A stretch of DNA of 64,000 nucleotides, taken from IMG/VR virus record IMGVR_UViG_3300027659_000028. One strand, 5' to 3'. This document shows, in pieces, positions 18,169 through 30,160 of this stretch. Both the position numbers and the translations under genes were made by a program. The DNA comes from an uncultured virus (IMG/VR IMGVR_UViG_3300027659_000028). Taxonomy: Duplodnaviria > Heunggongvirae > Uroviricota > Caudoviricetes. Position 1 is the first letter of the stretch; each line of letters starts with the position of its first letter. The notes below the pieces were generated by a model. It was not told the DNA's origin. It did no database searches and was given only the letters and a program-made list of their open reading frames with translations.

Positions 18169-19902
18169 ATGACTACATCTGTAAAATCATACGGAACACA
18201 ACACGTCGAAGCCTTGGGAGTGGCAGAAACTACCCCTTTTGACATCGTCGCAGCGATGGAGGAAGCGTTCATGAACAACCGTCCGCTGCACACCCCAGTG
18301 CATCGGGAAACCACCCGCGAGCAAATCCTTGGCTCGGTTGAGACCGTCTTGTCCCCAATGGACGAGTTTGTCGCCAACCGCATCTTGGCGTCAGCTCGCT
18401 GGAAGCAGAAGACGATGCTCTTCACCAACTTCGGGCGCTGGCTCGAAGAAGACGAGAAGCGCATCGTCAACCAAGCCAAGGAAGGACTTGAGTCCGTTGA
18501 GGACCGTCTTGCCGCCGCGTGCTACGCAGTGGACAAGATCAAGTCGCGCAAGACTTGGAAGCTGGAGCAGAAGCGCAACGAGGCGGCATCCCACTTCGGT
18601 GAACGCGTGAAGGCGGCCAAAGTAGTAATTGACGGTAAAACCAAGTGGGACGACGCGCAGGTGCACGAGCTCCCGCCTGTCTCCCACGGCAAGGCCCACG
18701 AGTCCGCCTACTACGCGATCAAGCTGCCTGACGGAACGATGGTCAACCTCGGCAAGTCGGTTGACGGCTTTGCAGCGAAGCTCAACAAGTATCCGTCACA
18801 GGCGTTGCAGAACATCGCCGCACGTCTCGGCATCGAAATGCGTGGAGGCGACACAGCCATCCTCAACCACCTCTTGGGTGCTGAGCAAGTGGTCAACGTC
18901 AACGACAAGGGCGAAACCGAATCCAACTACAAGTGGCTCCCAAGCTACACCTCGGTGTGGCAGGGCGTCTGGATTGTCTATGTCGGCTGGCGTCTCAACC
19001 CGAAAGTGTCGGATTCAAGCTACTGGCTGAACGACAGCAACGAGCTGACCCAGTTCAACCCGAACTACCAAATGACGCCGGAAGACGAAGGCTACCAAGC
19101 CCCGCTGACGTTGTCCCAGCTCGACTACCACCTGTTGGCCGAATCGTCGGACCTCGCAGTGGAGAACGAAGACGGTGAAACCGTGGAGTTCATGAACGAG
19201 GAAGAGGAGTTTCTCACCTTCGCGCCCCAGCGTGAGTCCGGCGAGACGTTCATCAACTTCAGCAAGTATTGCGACGACGACGCGGAGATGGAGCTTTTCG
19301 GAGCTTGCTCGGCTGTCATTGAGCGCAGCGAAGGCGGCGTCACCCTTGGAGACCTCGAAAGCTCCCAGTTCATCGACGGCTACATCAACCAAGGCATCTT
19401 CCGCACCGAGCGGAGCTTGCGTCAGATGCGGGCAGTTCAAGACCCAGATGAAGACCTGCTCGCCACCATCGCAGGCATGGAGGACCATTTAGCCCGGCTA
19501 AACAGGCTCGACGGCTTGTGGAACGACTTCGTTGGAATCCACTACGACGAGCCAATGCCCAAACAGGCGACGTTTGGCGCGAAGGGCGACTTCCGTGAGC
19601 CGCTGAAATGCCAGCCGTTCATGTCCCTGATGCCCCACAACACCATCGAAGCGCCGTTGGCGCGTGAGGTGGATGTCATGCCTGACATGACCGCTACGTC
19701 ACACGCTTGGAAAGGCGGACATCCCGTAGGCACAACACCCAGCAAGCTGCTGTCTTGGCACTTCGGACTGTCTCCGAAAGTTGTCGACAAGCGGATGCGT
19801 GAAGCCCGCAAGGGTCAGGTGCTGCGTGCAATCGAAGAAGGCACGCTGAAAGTCCAGCTCGCCTTCTCCTCGGCGTTCGAAGAAGCGCTTCGCGCTGGAT
19901 GA
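18169..19902 (+). CDS. large hypothetical early protein
   Basis: about 577 aa, strong codon bias, structured 5' leader and 3' hairpin; no family recognised. Confidence 0.7.
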   Translation: MTTSVKSYGTQHVEALGVAETTPFDIVAAMEEAFMNNRPLHTPVHRETTREQILGSVETVLSPMDEFVANRILASARWKQKTMLFTNFGRWLEEDEKRIVNQAKEGLESVEDRLAAACYAVDKIKSRKTWKLEQKRNEAASHFGERVKAAKVVIDGKTKWDDAQVHELPPVSHGKAHESAYYAIKLPDGTMVNLGKSVDGFAAKLNKYPSQALQNIAARLGIEMRGGDTAILNHLLGAEQVVNVNDKGETESNYKWLPSYTSVWQGVWIVYVGWRLNPKVSDSSYWLNDSNELTQFNPNYQMTPEDEGYQAPLTLSQLDYHLLAESSDLAVENEDGETVEFMNEEEEFLTFAPQRESGETFINFSKYCDDDAEMELFGACSAVIERSEGGVTLGDLESSQFIDGYINQGIFRTERSLRQMRAVQDPDEDLLATIAGMEDHLARLNRLDGLWNDFVGIHYDEPMPKQATFGAKGDFREPLKCQPFMSLMPHNTIEAPLAREVDVMPDMTATSHAWKGGHPVGTTPSKLLSWHFGLSPKVVDKRMREARKGQVLRAIEEGTLKVQLAFSSAFEEALRAG

Positions 19903-20073
19903 GAGATTGTCAGGAGGGAATCGGCCAACCCGGTCGGTTCCCTCTCTTGCAAACGGTTTGTGAAATGAACCGGACACTAGGTCAAATCACACACGCAACA
20001 CATACAGACAGACAGGGGGCGCGTCCTGAAGCCCAACGCGCACCAACACCAAACCAATAGAAGTCCAAACCAA

Positions 20074-20517
20074 ATGAATACCAACGAAACCACCGAAGCC
20101 ACCATCGCCAACGCCACCCTGACCACCCCAGTCACCCGCCTTCAACCCGGCAACCACCCCGCAACCATCACGGGCGCGGCGATTGTCCGCAACCACAACG
20201 GCAAACTCAACGTGGAGCTCGACTGCGACCTCAACGGACGCCGTCTCCAGCACAACATGTATATGACCACGCCAGCGGGCCAAGCCAACACCGCCAAGCA
20301 GCTCAAGAACGCCTTCGGCATCGAATCGTTCAAAGACGTGCCAAGCATCGTTGGACAGTCCTGTGTCCTCCGCATGGAGAACGAGGAATACAACGGACGC
20401 ACCAGCCTGAAAGTGGCCTACGTCAACCCGCACAGCTCGGAAGTTGCCGCCGACGTTGACTTCGACGCGCTCGACGCGGGCTTCACCGCACCTGCCGAAA
20501 CGGAAGTGGTCTTCTAA
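20074..20517 (+). CDS. DUF669-like single-stranded DNA-binding protein
   Basis: LQPGNHPATI...IVGQSCVLRMENEEYNG pattern; acidic tail ending in Phe. Confidence 0.65.
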   Translation: MNTNETTEATIANATLTTPVTRLQPGNHPATITGAAIVRNHNGKLNVELDCDLNGRRLQHNMYMTTPAGQANTAKQLKNAFGIESFKDVPSIVGQSCVLRMENEEYNGRTSLKVAYVNPHSSEVAADVDFDALDAGFTAPAETEVVF

Positions 20518-20533
20518 TCTCCCCACAGCCCCC

Positions 20534-20584
20534 AAAAAAAAAGCGGCAAGCTCAACTTCGGTCGGGCTCGCCGCTCATTTTTTA
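20534..20584 (+). terminator. intrinsic terminator
   Basis: agcggcaagctc...gggctcgccgct hairpin flanked by A and T tracts. Confidence 0.75.
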
Positions 20585-20606
20585 TAAACACTTCAATCGT
20601 AACTCC

Positions 20607-20909
20607 ATGAAAACCAAAACATTACTCATTTTAACCGCGTCAATCGTGACACTGCAAGCCAGCACAGAACGTGACTGCGACCTCGAATGGTATGAACGTC
20701 AAGACGCCGAGCGCAACGCAAAACGCCGCCACGAAGAAGCCCAACGTGAACGCGGCTACCAAGAACAGCAAGAATGGATTGACCGCATCCAGCGGGATTC
20801 AGCCGCCAAGAAAGCCCAGCAAGCAGCCGACCGCGCCGCAGCAGATCAAGCTCGACAACTGCGCGACATCCAAGAGAAGCTCGAACGTCTCGAACGCAAC
20901 AAACCATGA
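20607..20909 (+). CDS. secreted coiled-coil protein
   Basis: signal-peptide-like MKTKTLLILTASIVTLQA then charged helix. Confidence 0.55.
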   Translation: MKTKTLLILTASIVTLQASTERDCDLEWYERQDAERNAKRRHEEAQRERGYQEQQEWIDRIQRDSAAKKAQQAADRAAADQARQLRDIQEKLERLERNKP

Positions 20910-21777
20910 CCGCCCACGAACAACACCAGCAAATGCTGGAAGACCATAAGCAAGCCAAGGCCAAGCGCCGCGAAGACCACAAGCGCAACGGCGGCCGCAA
21001 GTTCCGCTATCCGGGCCATCTGTTTTAGCCCGGCTAAATTCTCCGCGCAACGAGAGCCCTCGCTGACAGACCGGGACAAACGTCTGTCACTGCTTTCCCC
21101 AACGCTAGGGATCTGGCACCGCCGCCTCAGATGCCCGACTTCAAGAACGATGCTCCCGGCGGTTGCTAGCATCCCATTGTTCATCCTCTTAATTCCGAAC
21201 TACCAAAAACGCTAATGACACAATATGAAACCGACAAAGAACGCGCTAGTCTGCGCGCTCAAATCCTCATGGCTCGCAAACATGCTGGCCGAACCACCGG
21301 CAAGATGCGCGAGGCGAATCTTGGTCACATGAATGCCGCAATCGTGGCGCTCCGCGAAATCAACCGCCCGCAAGATGGGCGCGTCTGCCAATGCGAGGAC
21401 GCTCCATGCTGTGGGCATTATTCTCTCGGATGAACATCATGAAACGTAAAATCATCACCAAGAATCTGTATATCGACACCTCAATTCATGGAGGAAATAA
21501 CATTTACGTCATGTCGACATCACGTCTGCTAAAAACATACACCTTGATCGATATCGAGACAGGCACCGGTTACACCTCGCCACAAAAGACCAAAGCCAAA
21601 GCCTTTGGCGGTGATCGCGCCGACTTCGAGCGCTTCAGCAAGTTCAAAGTGAATCTCAAACTCAAAGACTAATCCTTTCACTCCGCAGACCGTCGGAAAA
21701 AACGCCAAGGTTTCCGACGTCTCAGGCCGAGCCGTGACCAACGCGGGCGGAGTGTCCCTTTCTCATAACGTGTGTCT

Positions 21778-21827
21778 GACGCGTCTTCATCCTGCCGGGT
21801 GGTAGGGCGGGGGCGCGTCTCTTTTTC
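21778..21827 (+). terminator. probable intrinsic terminator
   Basis: gacgcgtc...ggcgcgtc hairpin then tcttttt. Confidence 0.6.
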
Positions 21828-21845
21828 ATTTTAACCACATCAATC

Positions 21846-24348
21846 ATGAACAACCTCAAGCTTTATGTCTGGGAAGACGTTCTCAACGATTACACGTCAG
21901 GAATCGCCTTTGCCTTAGCGGAGTCGCCAGAACACGCCCGCGAGCTCATCAAAGAAAAAGGCTTGTTTCACATCGAACACCTCAACAGCGGGCCGCTGGT
22001 CGTCGACCAACCCGAAGGCTTTTACCTTTATGGAGGAGGCTAACCATGACCACCGAAGCAAAACAACGCGTCGATCTGCACTGGAAATGCCTGTTGCAGC
22101 GACCCTCCCACCTCATCTGGCACCTTCGCGGGATTGTCCGCGAGCTGTTCAATCTTTAGCCTGACTAAAATCATGACAACTCCGAAAGACTGGCTGTGCC
22201 CGTGCGGCTCCGGCCTCGCATGGTGGCGCTTGTTTGACGCGTCAGGCATCTACTGCTGCCGCGTGTGCGCCGGATGCGAAACCAAGCAAAAAGCCAAATA
22301 CCGGCCCGAGATTTTCACCGATTCAAATTACGAAACCAACGAACCCAAAGAACCCGAAGAATGAAAAACCAATACGAATACTTCTTCCGCAATATGCCGG
22401 AAGCTTTAGAAGAGCTCAAAACATTAGGCATTTCATTCCAAGCAGTGGATGTCGGCGAAGACGATTTATGGCCGGCCTTGATTCTACCGTCTGGAACTGC
22501 CTTGCTAATCATCGGCGACGACGAAGGTAACGGTCCCGGTAGCATCGAACCCGTAACCTCAATCGAATGAATGCTCCAGACATCATGATATGGACTTTGG
22601 TAATTTCCTTAGTGGTCTTTTCAATCATCCTAATTTTCAGTCCAGACCCGGAATGAGCACATCCTTTCTGATTGGCGTCATGTTCACCTGTACGGGCATG
22701 AGTTTGTTTATGGCACAGATAGCCACCGTCGAGCTTGCAAGAGCTTACAGAAGCCTCAAGAGCGCAATACACGAGCATTTTGGTCACGACACCAGTGTCT
22801 TCCCCGATCACGTCCAATGAAAACCGCTGTCAAAAAAAGATTTCCAGAAAACACAGGCTACCATCCAAAAACACGGTTGGAATGGTGGGGGACCATCATT
22901 GGAGACAACGCAAACGACAAATTCATGATCGCCGCCCCCACCCGCATCGAATGCGTCGCAGCTGCAAAAGCTTTTTGCCCTGAAGCAGTCGTCGATCACA
23001 TCCAATCCATCACGATCATTAAACGATGAAATCAATCATCACCCTTCTCATCATCCTCTCCGCGCTGCACGCGTGCCAATCAATCAGCGAGCGCTCCGCG
23101 CTAGGGGAAAAAAAGTCTCAGCAAAAAGAAACATCCAACCAAGAAACAACCAAATAAAATGAACACCGTTGAACCCGCCATCAGTCCAGACGAAGCTATC
23201 AAAGCACTCGAAAGCTTCATCAGCAGTTACACGCTCAACTCCATTCGAACCCAGCTGTTCCAGCACGACCACCAAGACGAGAAGCGCAACTTCGAGGAAA
23301 AATACAACTGCTGGTGCTACTGGACCAACCGTCAGGAAAAAACCCTGATCGCCAGCTCCAAAAGCTTTGACGACCGCGCAGCCGCGATGGCTTGGATCAA
23401 GGAAAAAGACTTGGGCGAACCCGAATTCAGCAAGTTTTCCTTCGCCACCAACAGCGGCGAGCCAAAGACCATGTGCACGCTCAAATGCGTCGGCGAGTTC
23501 GAAGGAGTTGATTTCGAGATTGAAGCCAACTACACCCGCGACGGGCTGCCCACGTCCAACTGCAAGGTAGTCGCCTCCACTAGCTACTCGGTGGTCTGCG
23601 AACTGAACGCATAATCCTCCACGGACCAAACAAGAAAATGAAATGTTCCCGCTGCGGTCACACCGTCTCCAATATCACCTGCTACGTCTGTTGGCAGGAG
23701 CCTGACGAGGGAGACGACTGTTTCAGCCGGACCAAGTCGTTCTCGCTCGAAGACGAGGGGTTCCTTTACCTGCCACAATTTCCTGCAAGCCCGTCAGACC
23801 CCTCAACGGGACACGGACAGCCATCCACGTTTGGCAGGCTTGCAGGTCCACTCCACACGCAAGAAACAGCACACCTATGAACCTCATCTGCAAAAACTCC
23901 ATGAGTTCCACTGAAACACCGCTCAAAACTCACGAAGAAATCACCGAAGCCCTCCGAAAAATCCTCGTCAGCAACGACGTCAAGGAAGGGACGAAAAAAG
24001 CCCGAACCATCGAGTGCTCGTTCATCCAAGGGATGTGCGTGGCAGAACCTCGCTACGCCAAAAACGCCTACCTCGTCATCTCTCTGATGTCGGGACGCTC
24101 CATACTTAACTAAGACCATGCCGCTCAAATCAGGAGACCACGTCATGACGCCAGACGGAGAAGGAGTCATCGAAGACTTCGAAATTCAACCGACAAGAAG
24201 TTCGAGAACGCCAACATACCACCTTCACAACGCGCCCAACACCCCGCTGCCGGGAGAGTACATCCGTTGCGGAGTAAGCGGTTGCCATCCCTACCTGAAG
24301 ACGGCCTACTACCCGCTCGACGAAATCAGCCAAGACCCCCAGCTTTAA
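21846..24348 (+). other. cluster of short, tightly packed hypothetical early genes
   Basis: ORFs 21846-22043, 22173-22364, 22361-22570, 22817-23029, 23159-23614, 23638-23880, 23877-24113, 24118-24348, many ATGA-coupled. Confidence 0.6.
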
Positions 24349-24362
24349 TCCGCAAAAACAAC

Positions 24363-25160
24363 ATGTCACCCACCATCCTGAAAAATGCCCAAGCTGTCGA
24401 AACTGAACTGCGGGCCTTGGTCCTGCAAGAGCTCAATCTATACCAAATCGCAAGGACCCTTGATATCTCGCCCGCAACGGCCCGGCGCTACATGAGCCAC
24501 CTAAAAATAAAGCCTTTCGAAAAACGAAAGAAACGCAACAACAAGCCCGACCATCGAATCGAAGAAATGGTTAAAATGAGGAAAAACGGACAAACACTGG
24601 ACGAAATAGGAACCTTCTTCAACATCACGCGGGAACGAGTGCGCCAAATTCTCCAGAAACAATGTCCCGACTTCGTGTTTCCTATTCGAATAGTCAAAAG
24701 CCAAACCTGCAACCACTGCGGAGTGTCATACGTGCCATCCGGACCCGGATCGCAGTTTTGCAATCAAAAGTGCATGGGAGTGGCAAGAAACCTCACTTTC
24801 AATCGAGACACCGCCATCAAGGTGATGCGCCAACGAGATCAAGGAAAGAAGTGGTCTGAAGTTGCCAATGAATTAGGACAAGGAGCATCGCATGTAGTGT
24901 TTCGCGCCCGCATCCAACGCTACAAACATTTTTTCAGCAGCACAGAACAAGAATTGTACTTTCCAACAAAAAACGAAAAACAGTTCAAAGCCAATAGCGC
25001 TAATGAATTAGAAGAAAATGAAACAAAAGTTAAAGGTCATGACTCTTTAATTACCAAGATGTTGCTTCCTCTTTTTAACTTGATCCGTTTACCATCCCAT
25101 GCTAAAAGCCCTGTTGAATCCAATCCACAGGGCACTGCTCACCGGAAAAGACAACCGTAA
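24363..25160 (+). CDS. HTH / sigma-70 region 4-like DNA-binding protein with Zn ribbon
   Basis: IARTLDISPATARRY; GQTLDEIGTFFNITRERVRQIL; CNHC...FCNQKC. Confidence 0.75.
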   Translation: MSPTILKNAQAVETELRALVLQELNLYQIARTLDISPATARRYMSHLKIKPFEKRKKRNNKPDHRIEEMVKMRKNGQTLDEIGTFFNITRERVRQILQKQCPDFVFPIRIVKSQTCNHCGVSYVPSGPGSQFCNQKCMGVARNLTFNRDTAIKVMRQRDQGKKWSEVANELGQGASHVVFRARIQRYKHFFSSTEQELYFPTKNEKQFKANSANELEENETKVKGHDSLITKMLLPLFNLIRLPSHAKSPVESNPQGTAHRKRQP

Positions 25161-25175
25161 CGTCAACTACCAAAC

Positions 25176-25215
25176 AAGACCCCGGACTAGGTGAAAACCC
25201 TGCCGGGGTCTTTTG
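25176..25215 (+). terminator. intrinsic terminator
   Basis: aagaccccgg...ccggggtctttt. Confidence 0.7.
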
Positions 25216-26207
25216 CGTCCACCGTCATGAAAAATAAGCGCAAGTGGACCAAGACCAGCCATTGGTCGTTTGACGAGAAGAAAGCGTCGAAGCCGACAAA
25301 GGTAAAGCGCCTCCGCAACGACCAGAAGCAGCCGGAGCTCGACGCCCACACGTTCGACGACTGGTCCGCCGCTGGCTACCGCATCTCCAAGGGGGCGAAG
25401 AGCCGCACGCGCAATCTCGACGGTGTCCCGTTGTTCGGTCTTGACCAAGTTTGGACGAACGACAAAAAAGCCCGTCCGCCTGTCTCAAAGCCTCCCACCC
25501 CGTCCGGCCCCACGTCATGTCCTCACGTCAAACCTTCACCGTCCAGCTGGTCTCAGCCCTCCGGGCTGGTGAAGGAAGTGTTGGCGAGGATGGAGGAGAA
25601 GAAGGAGGCGGAGGACGCGGCGCACATGCACATGCCTGAAAGCTTCGAACCCAACGAAGACGACTACAAAGATTTACCTTACTGACATGAAACAACCAAT
25701 CCAAGTGCGCTTGATCTGCGGCGAGCGAAGCAACATCTTTCGCAAACTCTACATTGATCAGGTGGGCAATTTCAACCGTGTCGCCTGTCGTTACGCCGGA
25801 AAAACCTACATCGTCCACTCCGAAGCCGGAGACTTAGGAGACCCGTTCCGGGCGAACCCAAGTTACTTGGACCGTCTTTTCATCAAAACGTGGGAACCCT
25901 GCCAGTGGTCTCTTTAGCCTGACTAAAACATGAACCAAGAACTCTCCGACGACAACGCAGGCTCCGCCGCCATCCGCTTGATTCTAGAACCTTATCACCA
26001 GCGCATCTACGAGCTGGAGGGCCGTCTCAACCACATCGAGCAGGCCTACATCCATTCAGACCGTCTCCGCACCGAATGCCAGCTCAAGCTAGAAACCCTC
26101 ACGAAAGCCGCTGAGCGCGCCCGAGATGCTCGCGGGCGCTTCCACACCCAAATAGCATTTGAAGCGCTCATAAAGCTACTGCAAGAGCAAAAAAAGCCCC
26201 CCCAGCC

Positions 26208-26783
26208 ATGAAAGTAACGGCAATCACTCGATACAAACACGGAGAGCTTTACCGCCTTCTTCGAAAACTTGGTTGGAGTCAAAGCGAGCTTGCGCGAAAA
26301 ACCGGTTACAGTGCCGGAGCCATTGGAAGGGTAATCAATCTTGAGTTCAGACCTTCCGTCGACTTTGCCAACAGCATCCAAAATGCCTTTGCTGAAGCCG
26401 GAGAATATTTCGATGTCCTAGAAGAATGGCCAGAAACATTTATCGGCATCGGAAAAGGATCGAAAGTGGAACAGACCATGGATGTCCCAATGGAGTCGCT
26501 TTTAAGCTGTCATGAGGCTATGAATCTTCCCGCGCCAAATCCTTACGAGGATGAGAAGGAAGATGAATTCGGACAAGCAATCGACTCCCTCAAACCGCAG
26601 CAACAAATAGTGATTCGCGCTCTTTACTTTGAAAACAAAACTCCCGTCCAAGTCAAAAAGGAAACCAAAATGAGTCTCTCTAGGATTCTCCAGATCAGAG
26701 ATGCCGCGCTACGTTCGCTACGTCATCCCTCAAGGATAAAGAAAATGGAAAGCTACTGGAATTCCAAATCCACCCAGCCATGA
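26208..26783 (+). CDS. XRE-type HTH fused to sigma-70 region 4
   Basis: LGWSQSELARKTGYSAGAIGRVIN plus LSRILQIRDAALRSLRHPSR (RpoD C-terminus-like). Confidence 0.75.
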   Translation: MKVTAITRYKHGELYRLLRKLGWSQSELARKTGYSAGAIGRVINLEFRPSVDFANSIQNAFAEAGEYFDVLEEWPETFIGIGKGSKVEQTMDVPMESLLSCHEAMNLPAPNPYEDEKEDEFGQAIDSLKPQQQIVIRALYFENKTPVQVKKETKMSLSRILQIRDAALRSLRHPSRIKKMESYWNSKSTQP

Positions 26784-27532
26784 GCGATCACTTCATCCGA
26801 GACGAACAAGGCCGCTGCCACACCATCATCACGATGCCCAACATCTACGAATACGGTGGATTCATTTTTGAGTTCCACCGTGCTTGCGGGCCGATGAAGC
26901 TGAAAAAAGACTGGAATCCAGCTGCCCGGGAAGGACGCAAGTTTTGGAAAACCATCGACGAATGGAGCAAGCTGACCGACAAGCAAAAAAAGAAAACCCT
27001 AATCTCGGAATGAATCTCAAGACCCAACCCGCCCACATTGAGTGGACGCTCTACCTCAAGTCCGGTCCGGTCGAGATTTGGGAAGGCAAGCCTGCACGCG
27101 GCTCATGGACCCAATGGGAATGCCGCAACGTCAAAAGCGGCGAGACACGTCCCGTTGACAAAAACAACGTCCTTCAAACTTTCGACCAGATGACCAACAA
27201 CCAAGAATGATGACCGTCACCGACCCCAGAGAACCCGTCTACCTCAAGAAAAACGGACGCTACGTAGCGTTCGCTTCGATGGAACAAGGCTTCGGCCGCT
27301 TCGACTCGTGGTGCGCCCCCGGCGTATGGCTGCACACCAAGGAGAAGGACTGCACCCGGATGCACCTCATCTCGACCCTCGACGAGCTTCCATGCTCGGC
27401 GGCGAGGTTCGCATCGGCGATGAAGCACCAGAGCCAACTCACCGATCTCCTTCGTGACCACCGGACAATGTCCACCAACGACCTCAGCAAACTGATCCTC
27501 GAATGGATCGCAACCAAAACAGACCACCAACC

Positions 27533-28009
27533 ATGAACACAACCGTCCTTATTCCCACACACATCCAGAACACCGCTCCCAAGCCAACCAAAAGCCAGAT
27601 TATCGAAGCATTAATGAACCGCGCCCGCAAGACGCACGGCCAAGCCGAAACCCTGAAGGCATCCAAGCGCGACCAACTCGAAACCGAAGGCATCGCACTG
27701 GTGCTGGAAGCTTTTAAGAAAGCCAAGCCCACCAAGGAGGATGTCAGTCTAGCCCATTCATGGAAATGGGATCGACCGGCCACCGTAGAGGTGAAAGTCA
27801 ATTCTCCTGCAATCCGGGCCATCCAGAAAAAGATCAACAATCTCAGCTCGTCCCGTTTCGATGAAGACGAAACCAAGAAGAAAATCCAAGAGGGGATGAA
27901 GGCCCCCAACCCACTGCTTGGCAACGACGCGGCGGAAGCGGCGCTCGACCAGCTACTCGCCACCATCATGAACACCCCACGGGTGATCGACCAGACGATA
28001 GACGTCTAA
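27533..28009 (+). CDS. hypothetical protein
   Basis: 158 aa, good codon usage. Confidence 0.6.
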   Translation: MNTTVLIPTHIQNTAPKPTKSQIIEALMNRARKTHGQAETLKASKRDQLETEGIALVLEAFKKAKPTKEDVSLAHSWKWDRPATVEVKVNSPAIRAIQKKINNLSSSRFDEDETKKKIQEGMKAPNPLLGNDAAEAALDQLLATIMNTPRVIDQTIDV

Positions 28010-28023
28010 AAAAGATTTCCTTC

Positions 28024-28510
28024 GACCGTTATAAGGTAAAACGGTCTGGTCGCAGGAAGCAACAAGCCTGCCGTTCAGCATGGGTCCGCCAGTCAGGTGC
28101 CATGTGGGCGATAGTCGTGACTGGTTCGCCCGCCGTGGGGCGTGTCAAAGTTCCACGGCATCCAATTTCTACTGCTCCAGCAGCGACCGTTCGCTACGGA
28201 AACTGTAAAGCATGGCTTACAACACTGGAGGAAGAAAGCCCCACAGCCCCTGTCTGGTAAATGCGGAAGCCCTTCTCGGGCGATCTATAGAAGGGATGAA
28301 ATCAGAGACGAGAATACGGACAAACGCTTGTGCCACTTGAAGCACACGGGCAAGGACGGAACCGCTGGGGCGTCACGCCAGCGTCGGAAACGGTAACCGA
28401 CACCTCAATGAAGCGGCGGAATAGCTTACCCAACGACGCCTGAATCATTCATGTCCTACGCTTGAAATCTTCGAAGACTATACAGCGTAATCCACGAAAA
28501 AAACAGGGCC
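28024..28510 (+). ncRNA. candidate structured non-coding RNA(s)
   Basis: about 490 nt with no credible ORF; many hairpins and a long-range gcccctgt/acagggc pairing. Confidence 0.5.
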
Positions 28511-28863
28511 GCTTCACCCCTTTCAGTCTGACCAAACACCATGAACACCCTCGAAAAAACACGTCACTTCCAACCCGACATCGCCATCACCGTGGATTGG
28601 AAATACGACCCGTCATTCGTCTGGGACGGGGACGGAGAAGATCCCAAAAATGATCGGAATTACCCACAGCATCCACATAATGTTACTGTCACAGCGTCCA
28701 TCATCCGCAAAGGTGTCCTCATCCAAGACAGCGTCTATCTCGGCGGCTGCTACGCGTTTTACAATGGCCCCTACGATGAGGAAGTTAACGGTTATCTCCC
28801 GCAAATGATCGACGACGCGATTCAATTTCTCGACTTGAAGCTCAAAGAAACCATCATCGAACC

Positions 28864-29721
28864 ATGAAAGACATCTCCAAAGAACTCCACAGTTTCCCAA
28901 GCCCGTTCGCCCGCGCCATCACTCGCGACCATTACGACGGAGGTACGTCGATGTTCAGCGTCACCACCCTCATCTCCCCACCCCAGCGCACCTACCTCAA
29001 GACGCTGGGTGAGGAAATCCGCAGCCCTTACGGATCGTTCGCGGCGATGCTCGGCACGGCGATGCACCACATCATCGAGCAGAACATCGACGAGGCGGCC
29101 GGAGAGATCGCGGAGCGCCGTCTCTACACCGACATCACGGTGGGCGGCGAGTCCATCTCGGTGAGCGGCCAAATCGACCACTGGGAGAACCGCACGCTGT
29201 CAGATTACAAGCTGACAGGAGGCGTGCAGGACAAAATGAAGGACCCTCACTTCCTCCAAGTCCAGATGAACGGCTATCTCGCCGAATGCAACGACATTCC
29301 CGTAGACTTTGTCAGCGTCATCTACGTGCAAAAAGACTGGAGCCACTTGCGGTCCACTTTCGACCCCACTTACCCGCAGACACCGTTCAAGGTGTATGTC
29401 CACCCCTTCGACCGCGAGCTGGCCGTCCGGACGTTCCAGACCACCACCACCGACCACTGGAACGCCAAGCAGGGCAATCCCCGTCCCTGCACGCCGGACG
29501 AACAGTGGCGCAAGCCCACCACCTACGCGCTGATGAAGCCGGACGCCAAGCGGGCGTCTAAAGTGTGCGACACGCGCAGCGAGGCCCAAGAGCTCCTCAA
29601 GCCCGGCCAAATGATTGTCGAACGTCCCGGCGAAGCCACCTACTGCCTTCACTTCTGCGGGTTTGCCCACCTCTGCCCGCAGTTCAAGCGCGAGCAGATG
29701 TCCAACACACCCGACCAATGA
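28864..29721 (+). CDS. Cas4-like / PD-(D/E)XK exonuclease
   Basis: GTAMH, SGQID, DYK, QMNGY motifs and C-terminal Cys cluster YCLHFCGFAHLC. Confidence 0.82.
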   Translation: MKDISKELHSFPSPFARAITRDHYDGGTSMFSVTTLISPPQRTYLKTLGEEIRSPYGSFAAMLGTAMHHIIEQNIDEAAGEIAERRLYTDITVGGESISVSGQIDHWENRTLSDYKLTGGVQDKMKDPHFLQVQMNGYLAECNDIPVDFVSVIYVQKDWSHLRSTFDPTYPQTPFKVYVHPFDRELAVRTFQTTTTDHWNAKQGNPRPCTPDEQWRKPTTYALMKPDAKRASKVCDTRSEAQELLKPGQMIVERPGEATYCLHFCGFAHLCPQFKREQMSNTPDQ

Positions 29722-30160
29722 ACCCCACTGAAGAACAAATCGTCAACGCCATGACGGAATATGGTGGGTCGTTCGTGCAGGCTCTTGCCAACGCCTTCCG
29801 TAAAGCGGACGACGGCAACGCGGAGCGCATCCGGCTGGCCTTCCCCGAGATCTGGACCATCTACACCAATTTAGCCCGGCTAAAATACGAACCCTACTCC
29901 AAAGATTGAGCCCTCCGGGCTGGAGACATTTTTGTCATGATTAAATCCCTACCGCAAAACATCCGCCGCGTGTTCGAAAAACACGGGCTTGAAGCCGACT
30001 CGCTGTCCTTTGACGACGCATCCCTTATTGTTGAATTCGACGATATTGAGGTGGCGTTCAAAGTCAGGGAAGCCATACTCGACCTTCACGCCTGCTGCCT
30101 CATCAACCGTGGCGGCAAGCCAGCACTACTCATCCACAACCTACTCGCCAACCAATAGCC

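Noticed and set aside
28100..28490. Group I intron (UAGUC and GACUA elements)
   Set aside because: Elements are in the wrong order and no interrupted gene flanks the region.
28864..29721. Cas4-like gene as part of a CRISPR system
   Set aside because: Stand-alone, next to ERF and SSB genes: ordinary phage recombination exonuclease context.
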